Below are positions 28,557-38,816 of a stretch of 64,000 nt of DNA, one piece after another. The position numbers and the translations under genes were made by a program. The notes beneath the pieces are model-generated. The model made no database searches and was not told the origin of the DNA. It worked only from the letters and a program-made list of their open reading frames with translations. Source of the DNA: an uncultured Verrucomicrobiae bacterium (GTDB taxonomy: Bacteria; Verrucomicrobiota; Verrucomicrobiia; Chthoniobacterales; Chthoniobacteraceae). Numbering within the stretch: the stretch's first letter is position 1; the number at the start of each line of letters is the position of its first letter. The stretch is from NCBI GenBank assembly GCA_963836755.1, contig CAWIKF010000002.1, forward strand, positions 1,920,001 to 1,984,000, in the 5' to 3' direction.

Positions 28557-29507
28557 TCAATTGCCCACGAGCGCCAGCCCGAGCCGAATCCATAGCGGCG
28601 CGGTGGCAATGGAAACGATGGTTGTGGCGAGCACAATCTGGAGTGCGATTTTCGGATCGCCGCCATAATGTTTCGAGATGATGACCGGCAGCATGCCCGC
28701 CGGCACCGCGGCCTGGACGACGATGATGTGCTTGAGCGCGAGCGAGCAGGGGAGCCACTTCGCGAGCGCGAGAAACAAAAGCGGGAGCACGCCGAGCCGC
28801 AGCATGCAAGCCATGGCGGCCATTGGCAGACCTCCGCGCGGATGCAGCTCCGCAACTTGATCGGAAAAAGTTGCGCCTGTTAAAATAAGCGCAAGCGGCA
28901 CGGCGCAACTGCCGAGCGAATGGACGCTGCCTAGAAAAATGTCCGGCAGCCACGTATTTGCGCGAACAAAGTTGAGCGCGACGAAAATCAAAATCGCGAT
29001 GACGGGCGGGCTGAAAATTTTCCGCAAATCGCGATGCGAGGAGGCGCCGGCAAGGATTAGGCTCGCGCCGAGCCAGAATGCGATTTCGACGCCGAGGTTG
29101 TGCGTGAAAAGCACACCCATTGTCTCTTTGTCAAACAACGCCTGCACCATTGGAATCCCGATGTAACCGTAATTATAAATGCCGACTCCAAAGCAAAAGG
29201 TGCGTGTTTTCGGGCCCGGCTCCAGCCGCAGCACCCGCGCGCCAAGCCACGCGCAGCCGAAGCCGAGGAAGCAGGTGAAAAATCCTACGAGCGGCGGCCA
29301 CGTCAGGTTTCCGATTTTTTCCAGCGACGGATTTCCAAGGATCGAATCGGCGATCAATGCCGGGATCAGCAGGTTGACCGTGAGCCGCAGCAAGCTGTGA
29401 TCAGCCTCCGCGGTCAGCCATCGGCAGCGACGGATGAAAAAGCCGGCGAGCACGATCGCGTAGACCGGCGCCACAGCGTTAAATATTGTTGCGTAACCGA
29501 AACTCAT
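28557..29507 (-). CDS. AEC (auxin efflux carrier)-family transporter
   Basis: About 10 TM helices, NYGYIGIP, QAAVPAG. Confidence 0.9.
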   Translation of the reverse strand: MSFGYATIFNAVAPVYAIVLAGFFIRRCRWLTAEADHSLLRLTVNLLIPALIADSILGNPSLEKIGNLTWPPLVGFFTCFLGFGCAWLGARVLRLEPGPKTRTFCFGVGIYNYGYIGIPMVQALFDKETMGVLFTHNLGVEIAFWLGASLILAGASSHRDLRKIFSPPVIAILIFVALNFVRANTWLPDIFLGSVHSLGSCAVPLALILTGATFSDQVAELHPRGGLPMAAMACMLRLGVLPLLFLALAKWLPCSLALKHIIVVQAAVPAGMLPVIISKHYGGDPKIALQIVLATTIVSIATAPLWIRLGLALVGN

Positions 29508-29568
29508 CGGCAATCGAGGAAACTGCGTCGTCGCGGCGACTTTTGCGACATCACGCCGCCGATGATGC

Positions 29569-30036
29569 TCAGCGTTTTTTAGGCTTCCCGAGCACAGGGA
29601 ATTTTTTTGAGAGCAGGTCGATGTCGTTCTGCGTGAGCCCGCTTCCGATCGTGATGATGCCGTCGCTCACTTTCTTGTCGATGAGCATGTCGATGACCTG
29701 CCGGCCATTGACCACGGCGATGATCGAGCTGCCGCGCCGGTCGGTGCTCACGGCCTCGAGATCGAAGGTGCCGTGTTCATTGAGTTTGAACGCGCAGCCC
29801 ATCGTGCCGTCGTTCGCGGGGAATGGATAGATCGAGCTGACGTCGCGCTCGCTGAGCGTGGGAATTTTTTCCACGAAAGCTTCTCGGGGCGGATTTTTCA
29901 AAGTCACCGGTGTTGAAAATGTGGAGGTGTCGCGCGCGTTCGCCTCGAGGAAAAAACGCACCGTCAGTGGCGGCTCTTTTTTTCCAGCAGCGACAAAGGC
30001 GAGAGCGAGCAACGGGAGCAAAAAGCGAGAGCGCAT
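29569..30036 (-). CDS. Secreted protein resembling a stand-alone SecDF P1 head subdomain
   Basis: Signal peptide; FKLNEHG...IIAVVNG....I...VSDG.I.I.SGLT..D pattern. Confidence 0.6.
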   Translation of the reverse strand: MRSRFLLPLLALAFVAAGKKEPPLTVRFFLEANARDTSTFSTPVTLKNPPREAFVEKIPTLSERDVSSIYPFPANDGTMGCAFKLNEHGTFDLEAVSTDRRGSSIIAVVNGRQVIDMLIDKKVSDGIITIGSGLTQNDIDLLSKKFPVLGKPKKR

Positions 30037-30093
30037 GCAGCATTCTGTGCGGCGGCAAATGCGTTTGCAACCCGTGAAGGTGTCCGCTAGGAG

Positions 30094-30621
30094 ATGCGAA
30101 TGAGTCTTCGCTTCCTCGCTTCGGTTTTCGTCTGCCTGCTGCTGGTCACGCGCGCCGGGGCCTCAGGCAATGATGCCAAGAAACCGACGCTGCTCAGCCG
30201 CACGTTGCAGGCGATGCATCTCGGGCCGCATCCTGCATCCAGCGATGTGCATTCGAGTAATCTCACGCTCAGCATGGACCTCGCGCCGCAGCCGCTGAAG
30301 CTTTCTGAAGCGCGGCAGCTCAAGGTGACGCTCGAGCTCGCCAATCACTCGAAAAAGCATGTGCACCTGGAATTTCCGACCACGCAGCGGATCGAAGTCA
30401 TCGTCCGCAATCAGGCGGCGAAAACAATTGCACAGTGGTCGGAGGATCAGTCATTCACGGCCGAGCCCGGATACGTGACGGTGAACCCCGGCGAGCACAT
30501 TGAATACAGCGCGCTCATTTCCACACGCGACATGGCCGCGGGCCAGACCTACATCGTGGAAGGCTTTTTTCCGAACTTCACTCAGCTGAAGATTCAGAAG
30601 TCGATTGCGCCGCAGAAGTAG
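30094..30621 (+). CDS. Secreted BsuPI (intracellular proteinase inhibitor)-domain protein
   Basis: L.N.S...V.LEFPTTQRIEV.V....QWSEDQSFT....V.PGE. Confidence 0.75.
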   Translation: MRMSLRFLASVFVCLLLVTRAGASGNDAKKPTLLSRTLQAMHLGPHPASSDVHSSNLTLSMDLAPQPLKLSEARQLKVTLELANHSKKHVHLEFPTTQRIEVIVRNQAAKTIAQWSEDQSFTAEPGYVTVNPGEHIEYSALISTRDMAAGQTYIVEGFFPNFTQLKIQKSIAPQK

Positions 30622-31981
30622 ACGCCACGGGCGTTGCAGGCGCTTCGACCGTCTCGAGTTTTGCCTCGAGCGGCAACTCGAGCCGACCATTGTGAAACTC
30701 GATGATCCGGCCGGCATCGAGCAGCCAGCGCAGGTCCGTCGCGAGAGCCGCCTTGCGTTTCGCGGCTTCATCCGCGTCTTCGATTTTACCAAGAATCTCC
30801 GCGGCTAGTTCCGCGCGCGTGCATTTTGGAACGGTAATAACCATGCGTAAAATCTCCGCAATGTTTGGCGAAAAAGTTTTGTCCTTGAACGGCTCGGGCC
30901 GCGTGACGGAGATGAACTGGTTCCGTTTCCGATGTTTAAAGGAATGCAGGCCAAAGTGGACGAGCTGATGCCGCAAGTGAAACATCAGCTGAGCCGGAAA
31001 TCCGCGCTCTTTTTCCCACGCTTGACGCACCGCATTCGCGATCGCGCGGTCGGGGAGACTGCGGCTGGTTTCGCCCGGAATGTCAAAACTCATGCCACTG
31101 TGCACGAGCGCGTCTAAATGTGTGGTTCGAAAATGTTGCTCCGCCTCCGCAGCGGTCGCGAACTCAACCGGCGCGGCTTCATCGAGCGTTCGATATGACG
31201 TCACGCTCCGCGCCTCCTGCTTCCACGCTTCGACCGCTGCAGGGTCGTTCACCGTTTCGATTTCGCGCTGAAAATCTGAGAATGGCATGCGCCGACTGAA
31301 GCGCTCCTCGTAAAGTTTCCGCAGCGCCGGCTGAAACCCGTGATGGTTCGTCGGCCCGAGCCATGTGCCCGTCAATTTGCAGCGCGCGACGTTTGAAAAG
31401 TTTCCCTTGATCGGTTCGCGCTCCGTTTTTTCTTCCGCGTAAAATTTTGCGCGCATGATGTCGAACGCGGCTCGTTCCAGCGCGCCGCGCTGGAAGGCGA
31501 CCGGCCCATTTTCACCGAGTTGAAACAGCGGCGCTGTCGCATCCGTCGAGACAATGCGGACACGATGCCGCGAGGGCTTTTCCAAAAACATCCGCGCAAG
31601 ATCGTAAAGCGGATACGCGCGGCCCGTGCTCTTGATTTGATGCGCCACGCTTTCGACGAAAATCGCCTCGGGTAAAAATTCCACACGCACCGGCGCCGGC
31701 TTTTGCTCGACCGGTGGACGGGGTCCATCCTGGCGCGGAGGGCGGGATTTTTCATCGCGCGGCGGGCGCGGAAAATCCCGTTTTTGGCCCTGCGGTTTCG
31801 GACCGCGCTGCTCTTTGCGCCGCTGTCCTTGATCGCCTCGCGGCGGGCGCGGGCGTTCGCCAAAGTCGCGTCGCGGCCGCTCTTCGCGCACTTCGTAATC
31901 CGCATACGGATTTTTCACCGGCGTCTCCTTCAGCCAGTCCGGCATCAGCTTTAGATCGAAATCCGGCGGCGGCGTTTCCAT
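30578..31981 (-). CDS. Hypothetical protein with R/P-rich disordered N-terminus
   Basis: Long ORF with host-like codon style; LGPTNHH-containing globular region. Confidence 0.8.
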   Translation of the reverse strand: METPPPDFDLKLMPDWLKETPVKNPYADYEVREERPRRDFGERPRPPRGDQGQRRKEQRGPKPQGQKRDFPRPPRDEKSRPPRQDGPRPPVEQKPAPVRVEFLPEAIFVESVAHQIKSTGRAYPLYDLARMFLEKPSRHRVRIVSTDATAPLFQLGENGPVAFQRGALERAAFDIMRAKFYAEEKTEREPIKGNFSNVARCKLTGTWLGPTNHHGFQPALRKLYEERFSRRMPFSDFQREIETVNDPAAVEAWKQEARSVTSYRTLDEAAPVEFATAAEAEQHFRTTHLDALVHSGMSFDIPGETSRSLPDRAIANAVRQAWEKERGFPAQLMFHLRHQLVHFGLHSFKHRKRNQFISVTRPEPFKDKTFSPNIAEILRMVITVPKCTRAELAAEILGKIEDADEAAKRKAALATDLRWLLDAGRIIEFHNGRLELPLEAKLETVEAPATPVASTSAAQSTSESSAE

Positions 31982-32121
31982 GCGGAGGCTAATAAATCGC
32001 ATTCGCGCCAAAAGTCCAACCTTCGACGTTTTTGCCGCGCCCGATGCGTTTTCGGCCGCGCAAAATAATTTGTTGCCAAAGCATTGCGCGCTCTTTAAAG
32101 CAAACGTCTCACCACAAATTT

Positions 32122-32367
32122 ATGGCAGACAAAACCGTTGAAGAAAAAGTCAAAGACATCATCGTCGAGCAGCTCGGAGTGAATCCCGAGCAGGTCACCA
32201 CGAGCGCGTCATTCATTGAAGATTTGGGCGCTGATTCGCTCGATACCGTCGAGCTCGTGATGGCGTTCGAGGAGGAATTTTCCGTCGAAGTTCCCGATGA
32301 GGATGCTGAGAAATTGCAGACCGTCGGCGACGTCGTGAAATACATCGAGGAGAAAACCGGGAAGTAG
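32122..32367 (+). CDS. acpP: Acyl carrier protein
   Basis: [20 protein letters not shown]. Confidence 0.99.
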   Translation: MADKTVEEKVKDIIVEQLGVNPEQVTTSASFIEDLGADSLDTVELVMAFEEEFSVEVPDEDAEKLQTVGDVVKYIEEKTGK

Positions 32368-32388
32368 TTTCTCGCAAACAATTTACCG

Positions 32389-32430
32389 AAAAGCGCCACC
32401 CGGCTGAATGCTCGTGGCGCTTTTTCTTTT
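32389..32430 (+). terminator. Rho-independent terminator after acpP (possibly bidirectional)
   Basis: AAAAGCGCCAC...GTGGCGCTTTT inverted repeat with T tract. Confidence 0.8.
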
Positions 32431-32439
32431 CCCGGCGAC

Positions 32440-33255
32440 TCAGGATTTTCCGGCGCGCATCCGAATCGCGCCAATGTTCAGAAAAAGGCGCAGGATGAAC
32501 ATCGGCGTGATGCAGATCAGGACCGCGAGGAAACTCATGGCCATTCCTGGGACGATCCGCGCCCGATCCCGCCGCACCGCGAGCAATGCGAGCTCGACGA
32601 CGTTTTCCGGCGAGACGACAAAGATTTCCGGCGAATCAAGGTTGCCGTCGGCGTCACGTTTCGCCACCTCATTGAACTCCGTCTCGACCGGCCCGGGACA
32701 AAGTGCAGTCACGGAAACGCCGGTGCCGCGCAGTTCTGCGCGAAGTGCCTCGGAAAAACTCGTCACGTAAGCCTTCGTCGCCGCATACACCGCGAAGTGC
32801 GGCACCGGCAAAAAGCTGGCGCTCGACGAGACGTTGAGGATCGCCGCATCGCCGAAACTGCGCAGCATCGGCAGCAGCCGGTGCGTGAGTTTCGTGAGCG
32901 CGGAGATGTTCACATCGAGCATCATCTTGATTTTATTCCAGTCGCCGCTTTGGAACTCGCCGCGATCGCCGAGGCCCGCGTTGTTGATGAGAAAATTGAC
33001 GCGCAGCCCTTCATTCCAGAGCCAGCGCAGGAACGCGTCGATCGCTGCGTCGTCGCTCAAGTCGATGCCATAACTATAAACATTTACGCTCGGATGTTGT
33101 TGCAGCAGCTCGGCCTTCAGCGCATCGAGCCGGTCAATCCGGCGCGCCACGAGAATCAGCGTCGACGCGTGCGGCGCGAGCTGTTTTGCGAATTCCGATC
33201 CGAGTCCCGACGAGGCTCCGGTGACCAATGCGGTGCAGCCGCTGAAAGTTTTCAT
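32440..33255 (-). CDS. Short-chain dehydrogenase/reductase
   Basis: TGASSGLG, NNAG, YAATK. Confidence 0.95.
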   Translation of the reverse strand: MKTFSGCTALVTGASSGLGSEFAKQLAPHASTLILVARRIDRLDALKAELLQQHPSVNVYSYGIDLSDDAAIDAFLRWLWNEGLRVNFLINNAGLGDRGEFQSGDWNKIKMMLDVNISALTKLTHRLLPMLRSFGDAAILNVSSSASFLPVPHFAVYAATKAYVTSFSEALRAELRGTGVSVTALCPGPVETEFNEVAKRDADGNLDSPEIFVVSPENVVELALLAVRRDRARIVPGMAMSFLAVLICITPMFILRLFLNIGAIRMRAGKS

Positions 33256-33357
33256 GCGCAGTGCACCGAACTTATCGCGGCCGAAAAAGTTGGCGAGCTA
33301 AAGCGGCGCGCAAAATATTCCTGTTCATCCGCGGCGTGCCTGCAAAAACTTCGCGCC

Positions 33358-34152
33358 GTGAATCGGATCGACGAAAAATTTACGCAACTGCGCAGCCGCG
33401 GCGAGAAAGCGTTCATCGCTTACATCAGCGCGGGCGATCCGACGCTTGCCGCGACTTGCGCGCTGACTTTTGCGCTCGAAAAAGCGGGCGTCGATATTCT
33501 CGAGCTCGGCGTTCCATTTTCAGATCCGCTCGCCGATGGCATCGTAAACCAGCTCGCGGCGCAGCGCGCGCTCGAAGCGGGCGCGACGCCGCGCGGCGTG
33601 CTCGATTGCGTGCGCGAAATCCGACGCGATTCCCAGATCCCGATCGTGCTCTACACTTACATGAATCCACTTTACGCATTTGGTTTCGCGGCTTTTCATC
33701 GCGAGGCTGAAAGAGCGGGCGTCGATGGTTTGCTCATTCTCGATTTGCCGCCGGACGAAGATCGGGGCGAGTTGTCGGCCACGGAAAATTTGAAACGGAT
33801 TCGACTCATCGCACCGACCACGCCGCTCGCACGCATTGCGGAAATCACGGCGCGCGCGGACGGCTTTATATATTACGTCTCACGCGAAGGAGTAACGGGC
33901 GAGCAAAGCGCCGTGGCTGATTCGCTTGGCGAACGCGTTGCGGCGATTCGGGAGACAACGACGCTGCCAATCGCGGTTGGATTCGGCGTTTCAAATCCGA
34001 GCCAGGCGCGCGAGATCGCACGAATCGCGGACGGCGTCGTCGTCGGAAGCGCGATCGTAAAGCGCGTGGCTGAGCATGGACACGCTGCAGATCTCGCGGA
34101 GCGCGTCGCGGAGTTCGTCCGGCCGCTTGCACAGGCTGTTAAACAGCTGTGA
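33358..34152 (+). CDS. trpA: Tryptophan synthase alpha chain
   Basis: ELGVPFSDPLADG, YYVSREGVTG, GFGV, VVGSAIV; GTG start. Confidence 0.97.
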   Translation: MNRIDEKFTQLRSRGEKAFIAYISAGDPTLAATCALTFALEKAGVDILELGVPFSDPLADGIVNQLAAQRALEAGATPRGVLDCVREIRRDSQIPIVLYTYMNPLYAFGFAAFHREAERAGVDGLLILDLPPDEDRGELSATENLKRIRLIAPTTPLARIAEITARADGFIYYVSREGVTGEQSAVADSLGERVAAIRETTTLPIAVGFGVSNPSQAREIARIADGVVVGSAIVKRVAEHGHAADLAERVAEFVRPLAQAVKQL

Positions 34153-34158
34153 ATGGTG

Positions 34159-34950
34159 TCAAAGTCCGCACTTTGCCCTCGCTTCGGCGAAGCTCGATGC
34201 GCGCCAAGTCAGGCTCCCGAGATACGCGTCAACGTCCGGCGCGGCCTTGATCCGGGCGAGGTTCACCGGATTTTTCAACCGCGAAAAAATCGCCTGCGCA
34301 ATCTTTTTACGAGCCACTGATTTCTCGCCGTAGCCGGCGGGAACGTTGCTCGACCAAAACCGGACGTATTCGCCATCTGCGCGTTGCTCTCGTCCCAGAT
34401 AGATTACCGAATGCCCGTGCTCCGATTTCCCGACTTCCGATGTCCAAAAAATTTTCATGAAATCGCCCGGTTGCGCGTGCGCGAAGTCGGCAAAATTCGG
34501 CCCGAGATCGAGCTCAAAAAAAAGCCGCGCCGTTCCCGGCCCGTTCGCATTCCAGCGGCCCCAAATTCCCTGGCCGTCCCGCTGCCCGTGGATCATCAGC
34601 GCGTTCAGCGTCTCCGGATCGAGCGCCAGCGAGCCGTCGCGCCGCAGAGATTCGATCGTTTTCAGAAAAACGAGATACGTCGCGCCGGAGCAATAGCTCG
34701 GCGACGCGGCATTCGGCAGCACGAAAAACTTTCCCTGCTCGAAATGCGCCGCCTGTTGCAGCGCGACAGTCGCCACGTGCGTCGCCGCATAATTTCCGCC
34801 CGTCGGCATCTGCCGGATTTGCTCGAGCACCAATGCGTTGTAATCGCGCGGAGACTGCGCGCGCAGCGGCCCCGCAGCCAGCGCCAGCGCGGCCGCCGCG
34901 GCGATGGACTTTAAAAACAAACGCACGCGGACAGCTTCCGCATCCGGCAC
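34159..34950 (-). CDS. Secreted hypothetical protein with NlpC/P60-like Cys-His motifs
   Basis: Signal peptide; SYCSG, QPGDF, GHSVIYLG; exact start uncertain. Confidence 0.7.
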   Translation of the reverse strand: MPDAEAVRVRLFLKSIAAAAALALAAGPLRAQSPRDYNALVLEQIRQMPTGGNYAATHVATVALQQAAHFEQGKFFVLPNAASPSYCSGATYLVFLKTIESLRRDGSLALDPETLNALMIHGQRDGQGIWGRWNANGPGTARLFFELDLGPNFADFAHAQPGDFMKIFWTSEVGKSEHGHSVIYLGREQRADGEYVRFWSSNVPAGYGEKSVARKKIAQAIFSRLKNPVNLARIKAAPDVDAYLGSLTWRASSFAEARAKCGL

Positions 34951-35022
34951 AGACGCGCAAACAATTTCCGCCGCGCGGCTGGCGCGGGTGACACGGGCGC
35001 CGCCGTGTGGTAGGGAAAGCTA

Positions 35023-35826
35023 ATGTTAAAATTCACCAAGATGAACGGCGCGGGCAATGACTTCGTGCTGCTCGATAATCGCGACGGCGCGTTGCGGCTC
35101 GATGCGCAAAAAATCGCGCGTCTTTGCGACCGGCATCGTGGCATTGGCGCCGACGGCTTGCTGATGGTGGAAAGATCGGACGACGGCGTGGATTTTCGCA
35201 TGCGTTATTATAATGCGGACGGTGGCGAGGCCGAGATGTGCGGCAACGGCGCGCGATGCTTCGCCCGTTTCGTCAACCGGATTGCAGGCCCGCGGGATGC
35301 GATCAATTTTGCAACGCAAGCGGGCGAGATTCGCGCCAGTTTCGTCGGCGGTTCCGTGCGGCTCGCGATGAGCGATCCGAAAGAATTGCGCTTGAATGAA
35401 CGCCTGAACTTAAAGCAGCAAACCCTGACTGTGGACTCGATCAATACGGGCGTTCCTCACGCGGTGATTTTCGTCGAGAACCTCGAGAACGCTTCGGTGC
35501 AGCGGCTTGGCGCCGAGATCCGCCATCACGCGCACTTTGCGCCGAAGGGGACCAACGTTAATTTTGCGATGCAGCTCGACCGTCGAAACATCGCGATCCG
35601 CACGTATGAGCGCGGGGTCGAGGCCGAGACGCTCGCGTGCGGCACGGGCGTGGTCGCGAGCGCATTGATTTTTCACGAGATGACCGCGGCGAAATCGCCG
35701 GTGTGCGTGCACGTGAATGGCGGAGAAACGCTGGAGGTCTCCTTTGAAAAAGGTGCCGACGGCTATCACGACGTCACGTTGACCGGCCCGGCAGACTTTG
35801 TCTTCGACGGCGAGATCGCGCTTTAA
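35023..35826 (+). CDS. dapF: Diaminopimelate epimerase
   Basis: GNDF, EMCGNG, ETLACGTG. Confidence 0.98.
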   Translation: MLKFTKMNGAGNDFVLLDNRDGALRLDAQKIARLCDRHRGIGADGLLMVERSDDGVDFRMRYYNADGGEAEMCGNGARCFARFVNRIAGPRDAINFATQAGEIRASFVGGSVRLAMSDPKELRLNERLNLKQQTLTVDSINTGVPHAVIFVENLENASVQRLGAEIRHHAHFAPKGTNVNFAMQLDRRNIAIRTYERGVEAETLACGTGVVASALIFHEMTAAKSPVCVHVNGGETLEVSFEKGADGYHDVTLTGPADFVFDGEIAL

Positions 35827-35871
35827 AAAGCCCTCGACACCCGGCACACGTCTCCAGACACTTTGCGCCCC

Positions 35872-36750
35872 ATGTTTCGCGGCACTTTCACAGCTTTGGT
35901 CACGCCATTTCGCGACGGCAGAGTGGATGAGGACGCGTTTGAAAAACTCATTGCCTGGCAGATCGAAAGCGGCATTTCCGGCGTCGTCCCCGTCGGCACC
36001 ACCGGCGAATCGCCCACGCTGGATCACGCCGAGCACACGCGCGTCATCGAGCTGGCAGTCCGCGCCGCGAAAGGCCGCTGCACCGTGATCGGCGGGACCG
36101 GTTCCAACTCCACCGCCGAAGCAATCGCACTGACGCAGGAGGCGGAAAATGTCGGCGCCGACGCCGCGCTGCTCGTCGCGCCATACTACAACAAGCCGTC
36201 GCAGGAAGGTTTGTTCCGCCATTTCAAAGCGATCGCGGATGCGACGAAATTGCCGCTCGTTCTTTACAGCATCCCCGGCCGATGCGGCATCGAAATCGGT
36301 GTCGAAACCGTGCGACGTCTCGCCGAGGCATGTCCAAATGTCGCGGCGATCAAAGAGTCCGGCGGGAGCGTCGAGCGCGTGAATGCGCTGCGTGCCGCCC
36401 TGCCCGAGACTTTTGATATTTTGTCCGGCGACGATTTCATCACGCTCGCATTCATGGCAGCCGGCGCGCGCGGTGTCGTCAGCGTCGCGTCAAACATTGT
36501 CCCGCGGGAAATGGTGGAAATGGTTCGCGCATTCGCCGACGGCCGGGTCGCGGAGGCGCAGAAAATTCAGGCTAAACTTTACCCGCTTTTCCGCGATTTA
36601 TTCATCGAGCCAAATCCTGTCCCGATCAAAACTGCTCTCGGCTGGGCTGGCAGAATGGAGCCGGGCGTGCGGCTGCCGCTTTGCGAGATGACCGTGGCGA
36701 ATGCAGAAAAACTGCACGAGACGTTACAGCGTTTGGACCTCGTAAAATGA
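35872..36750 (+). CDS. dapA: 4-hydroxy-tetrahydrodipicolinate synthase
   Basis: GTTGES, PYYNKP, IKES, PNPVP. Confidence 0.98.
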   Translation: MFRGTFTALVTPFRDGRVDEDAFEKLIAWQIESGISGVVPVGTTGESPTLDHAEHTRVIELAVRAAKGRCTVIGGTGSNSTAEAIALTQEAENVGADAALLVAPYYNKPSQEGLFRHFKAIADATKLPLVLYSIPGRCGIEIGVETVRRLAEACPNVAAIKESGGSVERVNALRAALPETFDILSGDDFITLAFMAAGARGVVSVASNIVPREMVEMVRAFADGRVAEAQKIQAKLYPLFRDLFIEPNPVPIKTALGWAGRMEPGVRLPLCEMTVANAEKLHETLQRLDLVK

Positions 36751-37487
36751 CTCCGCTGCGGATTTTAATGAATGGCGCGCGTGGCCGCATGGGGCGCACA
36801 ATCATCGCGTGCGCGAAGGCCGACCCCGAAGTTTCCATCGCGGCTGAAGTCGATGAAGGAGACGATTTTCTCGCCGCGATCGAAGGTTGCGATTGTGTCG
36901 TCGATTTCACGCATCACAGCGCCATCGGCTCCATCGCTGACGCGTGCGTTGCGGGGAAAAAGTTTCTGGTGATCGGCACTACCGGCCACACCGACGCCGA
37001 AGTTGATGTCATCAAACGCGCCGCGGCATCGATTCCCATTGTATTCGCGCCAAATTTTTCGGTTGGCGTGAACACATTGTTTTGGCTGACGCAGAAAGCT
37101 GCAGAAATTCTCGGGCCTAACTTTGATCTCGAGGTCGTGGAGATGCATCACCGTTTGAAAAAAGACGCACCAAGTGGCACTGCGAAACGGCTTGCGGAAA
37201 TTTTAGCCGAGGTGCGCGGATTGCAATATCAGAACGATGTGCGGCACGGGCGGGATGGGATTGTGGGTGAACGGCCGCTCGCCGAGATCGGGATGCACGC
37301 GCTGCGCGGAGGCGATGTCGTGGGAGATCACACGGTGATTTTCGCGGGAAATGGAGAACGACTCGAGCTCACGCACAAAGCTGCCAGTCGTGACACATTC
37401 GCAAACGGAGCGTTGCGTGCTGCAAAATGGGTTCGCTCTCAAAACGCCGGCCTTTACGACATGCAGGATGTGCTCGCGCTGAAATGA
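36747..37487 (+). CDS. dapB: 4-hydroxy-tetrahydrodipicolinate reductase
   Basis: GARGRMG, EMHHRLKKDAPSGTA. Confidence 0.98.
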   Translation: MTPLRILMNGARGRMGRTIIACAKADPEVSIAAEVDEGDDFLAAIEGCDCVVDFTHHSAIGSIADACVAGKKFLVIGTTGHTDAEVDVIKRAAASIPIVFAPNFSVGVNTLFWLTQKAAEILGPNFDLEVVEMHHRLKKDAPSGTAKRLAEILAEVRGLQYQNDVRHGRDGIVGERPLAEIGMHALRGGDVVGDHTVIFAGNGERLELTHKAASRDTFANGALRAAKWVRSQNAGLYDMQDVLALK

Positions 37488-37497
37488 CGGGACGTGC

Positions 37498-37998
37498 ATG
37501 AGGGCCGGCATCGCCCTCGGTTCCAATGTCGGCGACCGCTGGCAAAACCTTCGCGACGCGCACGCGCGTCTGCTCGCGCTGCCGATTTGCCGCGAGCCGG
37601 TAAACAGCTCGCGCATCTATGAAACTGAACCGGTCGACGGCGCACCCGGCACGCTTTGCTATTTAAATGCAGTGATCGAAATGGAATACGACGGCTCGCC
37701 TGTCACGTTGCTCGATGCGTTGCAGAAAATCGAAATCGGGCTTGGTCGGCCCTCCAAACGCCCGCGCAACGCGCCGCGCATCATCGACCTCGATCTTTTG
37801 TATGTCGGCAACCTCGCGCTCGCGAATGACGAAATGGTGATCCCTCATCCGCGTATGCACCTGCGCCGGTTCGTGCTCGCACCGCTTGCTGAGATTTGCC
37901 CCGAACTCGTTTTGCCTGGCCAACACGGGACGGTCGCAGAGCTGCTTGCGGGATTGCCCGCGCATCCCGCGGCTGCAATTTTCGCGGAGCCGATTTAA
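37498..37998 (+). CDS. folK: 2-amino-4-hydroxy-6-hydroxymethyldihydropteridine diphosphokinase
   Basis: LGSNVG, PRIIDLDLL, PHPR..RRFVL. Confidence 0.97.
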   Translation: MRAGIALGSNVGDRWQNLRDAHARLLALPICREPVNSSRIYETEPVDGAPGTLCYLNAVIEMEYDGSPVTLLDALQKIEIGLGRPSKRPRNAPRIIDLDLLYVGNLALANDEMVIPHPRMHLRRFVLAPLAEICPELVLPGQHGTVAELLAGLPAHPAAAIFAEPI

Positions 37999-38009
37999 CT
38001 TTCACCCGC

Positions 38010-38786
38010 ATGGACGACCGCATTCAAAAGCTGCTCGCGATGAAAAGGGATGGTGAAAAAGTTGCGATGCTCACGGCGTATGATTATCCGGTTGCGCGGC
38101 TGCTTGATGAAAGCGGTGTCGACGTCATCCTCGTCGGAGATTCCGTTGGCATGGTCGTGCTTGGATTTCCAGACACAACTTTTGTGACGATGGAGCAGAT
38201 GATTCATCACACATCAGCTGTGTCGCGTGGAGTTAAACGGGCGTTGATTGTCGCGGACCTGCCGTTCGCGAGTTATGAAACTCCTTCACTGGCTGTGGAA
38301 AACGCGCGAAGGCTGATTGCAGCAGGCGCAAACGCGGTCAAGCTCGAGGGCGGATGCGCGCGTGCCGAGCAAATCGCCGCGATCACAGAAAGCGCAATTC
38401 CTGTGATGGCGCACCTCGGGATGCTACCGCAAAATGTGCGTATCGAAGGGGGCTACAAAACCAAGGGTAAAACTCCGGAGGAAGCGGAGGCGTTACTGGC
38501 CGATGCCCGTTCGGTTGAGGCCGCGGGAGCTTTTGCGATCGTGCTGGAACTCGTGCAGCCGGAAGTCGCCGAAAAAATCACAAGCTTGGTTGCGATTCCA
38601 ACGATCGGCATTGGCGCTGGCCCGCAATGCGATGGGCAGGTGCTTGTGACGCATGATTTGATTGGGCTCTTTCCCTGGTTCAAGCCGAGGTTTGTGACGC
38701 GCGAGGCGGAAGTGGCGAGCGAGATCAGCCGTGCGGTTTCCGCGTTTGTGAGGCAGACGAAAAGAGGCAGCGCGTTGAGCGATTGA
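38010..38786 (+). CDS. panB: 3-methyl-2-oxobutanoate hydroxymethyltransferase
   Basis: LTAYD, LVGDS, KLEGG, IGIGAG..CDGQVLV. Confidence 0.98.
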   Translation: MDDRIQKLLAMKRDGEKVAMLTAYDYPVARLLDESGVDVILVGDSVGMVVLGFPDTTFVTMEQMIHHTSAVSRGVKRALIVADLPFASYETPSLAVENARRLIAAGANAVKLEGGCARAEQIAAITESAIPVMAHLGMLPQNVRIEGGYKTKGKTPEEAEALLADARSVEAAGAFAIVLELVQPEVAEKITSLVAIPTIGIGAGPQCDGQVLVTHDLIGLFPWFKPRFVTREAEVASEISRAVSAFVRQTKRGSALSD

Positions 38787-38816
38787 CGAAAAGTCCGGGT
38801 AGAAAAGCCGCGTCTG

